64,000 nt of DNA. It comes from the human T2T-CHM13v2.0 reference genome, Homo sapiens. How positions within the stretch are numbered: position 1 is the stretch's first letter; every line of letters begins with the position of its first letter. Positions 61,382 through 64,000 of the stretch are shown here, piece by piece. The notes under the pieces are model-generated. The model worked only from the letters and a program-made list of their open reading frames with translations, was not told where the DNA came from and did no database searches. A program made the translations under genes and the position numbers. The stretch lies in assembly GCF_009914755.1 (NCBI RefSeq), contig NC_060925.1; one strand, 5' to 3'.

Positions 61382-64000
61382 GGGAGAGAGGTGGAAAAAG
61401 ATGGCAGAATAGGAAGCTGCACCAATCATCCCCATAGCAAGGACAGCAAGTTAACAACTACCTTCACAGGAAAACAACACCAAAAATAAGGTGAGCACTC
61501 ATAACACCTGGTTTCAACTTCATATTGCTGAAAAAAGCACTGAAGAGATAGAAAAACAGCCCTGAATCACGTATGCCACCCCTCCCCAACCCTCGCAAGC
61601 ATCTCTACGTGCTGGAGGAAGAACACAATTGTGAGGCATTGGACTCAGTGCTGTTCTGTTAGAGCAGAAGGGAAAACCAACAAACTCAGCTGACACCCAT
61701 ACACAGAGGGAGCATTTAAACTAGCCCTAGCCAGTAGGGAATTGCCAGTCCCAGTAGTCCGAACTATGAGTGCCTGCAAACCTCACCACCAAGGGCCAAA
61801 GTGCTCTCAGTCACTAAGTAAACTTGAAAGGCAGTCTAGATCATAAGGACTGCAACATTTAGGTGAGTCCCAGGGCTGAACTAGGCCCAGAGATAGTGGA
61901 CTTGTTGTGAGGGTTGGGCATGGAATAGACTGAGAGACTAGCTAAGGAAGCCAAAGGAGTGCTGGCATCATCCCTCCCCTAACCCAAGGCTGCACAGTTC
62001 ATGGCTCCAAAAGACACTCCTTTCTTCCACTTAAGGAGAAGGGAGGAAAGAGTGAGGAGGACTTTGTCTCGCTTCTTGGACACCAGCTCAGCCACGGCAG
62101 GTTAGGGCACCAGTCAGTCAGGAGGCCCCTGTTTCAGACCCTAGCCCCCAGCCAACATTTCTAGACACACCCTGGTCCAGAAGGGAACCTGTTGCCTTAA
62201 CGAAAAGGACCCTGTCCTGCCAGCATCCATTGACTGCTAAATAAAGAGCCCTTGGGCCCTGAATAACCAGCAGTGATACCCACGTACTACACTGAGGGCC
62301 TTAGAGAGCCTCTGAGACTTGCTGGCTTGAGGTAAAACTCAGCATGTTACTAGCTGTGGTGGCTATGGGGCAAAACTCATTCTGCTTGAGAAAAGCAGAG
62401 GGAAAAGTAAAGGGGACTTTTTCTTGCACCTTAGGTAAGAACACTGCCACAAAGGGTAAAGCACCAAGTGGAATCTTGGGGGTCCTTGATTCCAGAACTG
62501 GACTTTTGGATGGCATTTCTGGACCTGCCCTGGGCCAGAGGGGAGCCCACTACCCTGAAGGGTGAGTCCCAGGCTAGACAACATTCACCACAAGCTAACT
62601 TAAGAGATCTTAGGCCTTAAAGGAATATTGATGGTAGTCTGGCAGTACTCCTCATGGCCATGGGCGGTGGGGGCTATGGGGGTGAGATTCTTCTGCCTTT
62701 GGAAAAAGAAAGGAAGAGTGGGAAGAACTATGTCTTGTGGTTTCCGTGCCAGCTCAGCTGCAATATAATAGAATACCAGATAGTCTCCTAAGGTTTTTGA
62801 CTCTAGTCCCTGACTCCTGGATGGCACTTCTGGACCCACCTGGGGCTTGAGGGACCTTGCCACCCTAAAGCAAAGGACACAGGCCTGGCTGTCTTTGCTG
62901 CCTGGTGATTATAGAGCCCCAGGGCCTTGAGTGAACATAGGCAGTAGCCAGGGACTGGCTACAGCAGGCCTTGGGCAAGCCCCAGCACTATCCTGGCTTC
63001 AAGTCTGTGCAGTCATAGTGATGGTGGCCACAGGAGTGCTTGTGTCACTACACCCCCAGCTGTAGGTGGCTCAGAAAAGAGAAAGAGACTCTGTATGTTT
63101 GGGAGAAAGTAAGGGAAGAGAATAAGAATCTCTGCCTGGTAATACAGAGAATTCTGGTAATCTTACCCAAGACCATCAAGGCAATACCATAGCAACAGTC
63201 TGCAAGAACGGCAGCATTATTGGGCTTAGGGTGACCCCTAAAGCAGAAACAGCTTAAATCACAACACCCAAGTCCTTTCAAATATCTGGAAAGCCTTCTC
63301 AAGGATGGCTGCAAATAAGCCAAGACAGTGAAGATTACAATACATACATTACTCTTTGATTCCCAGACACTGAAGAATATCTACTAGCATCAACCATCAA
63401 CATTGTCCAGGAAAACATGACCTTACCAAATTAACTAAATAAGGCACTAGGGACCAATCCTGAAAAAACAGAGATATGTGACCTTTCAGAAAGGGAATTC
63501 AAAATAGATGTGTTGAGGAAACTCAAGGAAATTCAAGATAATACAGGGAAGGAATTCAGAATTCAATCAGATATATTTAACAAAGAGATTGAAATAATTT
63601 TAAGAAATCAAGCAGAAATTCCAGTGCTGAAAAATGCAATTGGTATACTGAGGAATGCATAAGAGTCCTTCAATAGCAGAATGGATCAAGAAGAAGAGAG
63701 AATTAGTGAGCTTGAAGAAAAGCTATTTGAAAATATACTGTCAGAGGAGACAAAAGAAAAAAGAATAAAAAACAATAAAGTATGCCTACAGAATCTAGAA
63801 AATAGTCTCAAAAAGGCTATTTTAGAGAATTATTATTGAGAAATGGTAAGAATTACTGGCCTTAAAGAGGAGGTAAAGAAAGAGGTAGGGGTAGAATGTT
63901 TATTCAAAAGGATTATAACAGAGAACTTCCCAAACCTAGAGAAAGATATCAATAGCAAGTGCAAGAGGGTCATAGAGCATGAAGCAGATTTAACCCAAAG
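61382..64000 (+). mobile_element. L1 5' end (L1M1/L1M2-type long 5'UTR, ORF1 from about 63400), runs off the window
   Basis: AAGATGGCAGAATAG start, GC-richer 2 kb UTR, ORF1 motifs GAATTCAAAATAG..GAGGAAACTCAA, GAATTAGTGAGCTTGAAG, GAGAACTTCCCAAACCTAG. Confidence 0.85.

Overview
AT-rich, repeat-dense primate genomic DNA, most likely human chr1q23 OR10J cluster (placement recalled from protein similarity and gene spacing, not looked up). There are no intact protein-coding genes. The gene content is two + strand olfactory-receptor pseudogenes of subfamily OR10J: 16133-17066 has a +1 frameshift and degenerate motifs, and 31184-32124 has a nonsense codon and a -1 frameshift. Each is preceded by a strong splice acceptor. 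Most of the rest is nested transposable elements: L1 of many ages, Alu J/S/Y, a full-length THE1 provirus, an MST internal region with LTR, MLT1/MLT2/MST solo LTRs, an ERVL gag-pro-pol relic, a near full-length Tigger1, MER2, MER58A, MER119, MIR and L2. Almost all short ORFs in the track are repeat-derived. I find no evidence of a new multi-gene system. The most interesting signals are retrotransposition footprints: a TSD-bounded L1 3' transduction that seems to have carried a whole older AluSx in two polyadenylation steps, an L1 with a 23-nt inverted ORF1 tag plus a short transduction, and a clean twin-primed L1. There is also a micro direct-inverted-direct rearrangement, a perfect hairpin, and candidate OR promoters and 5' exons. 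Repeat subfamily names come from remembered consensus sequences and need RepeatMasker/Dfam confirmation.
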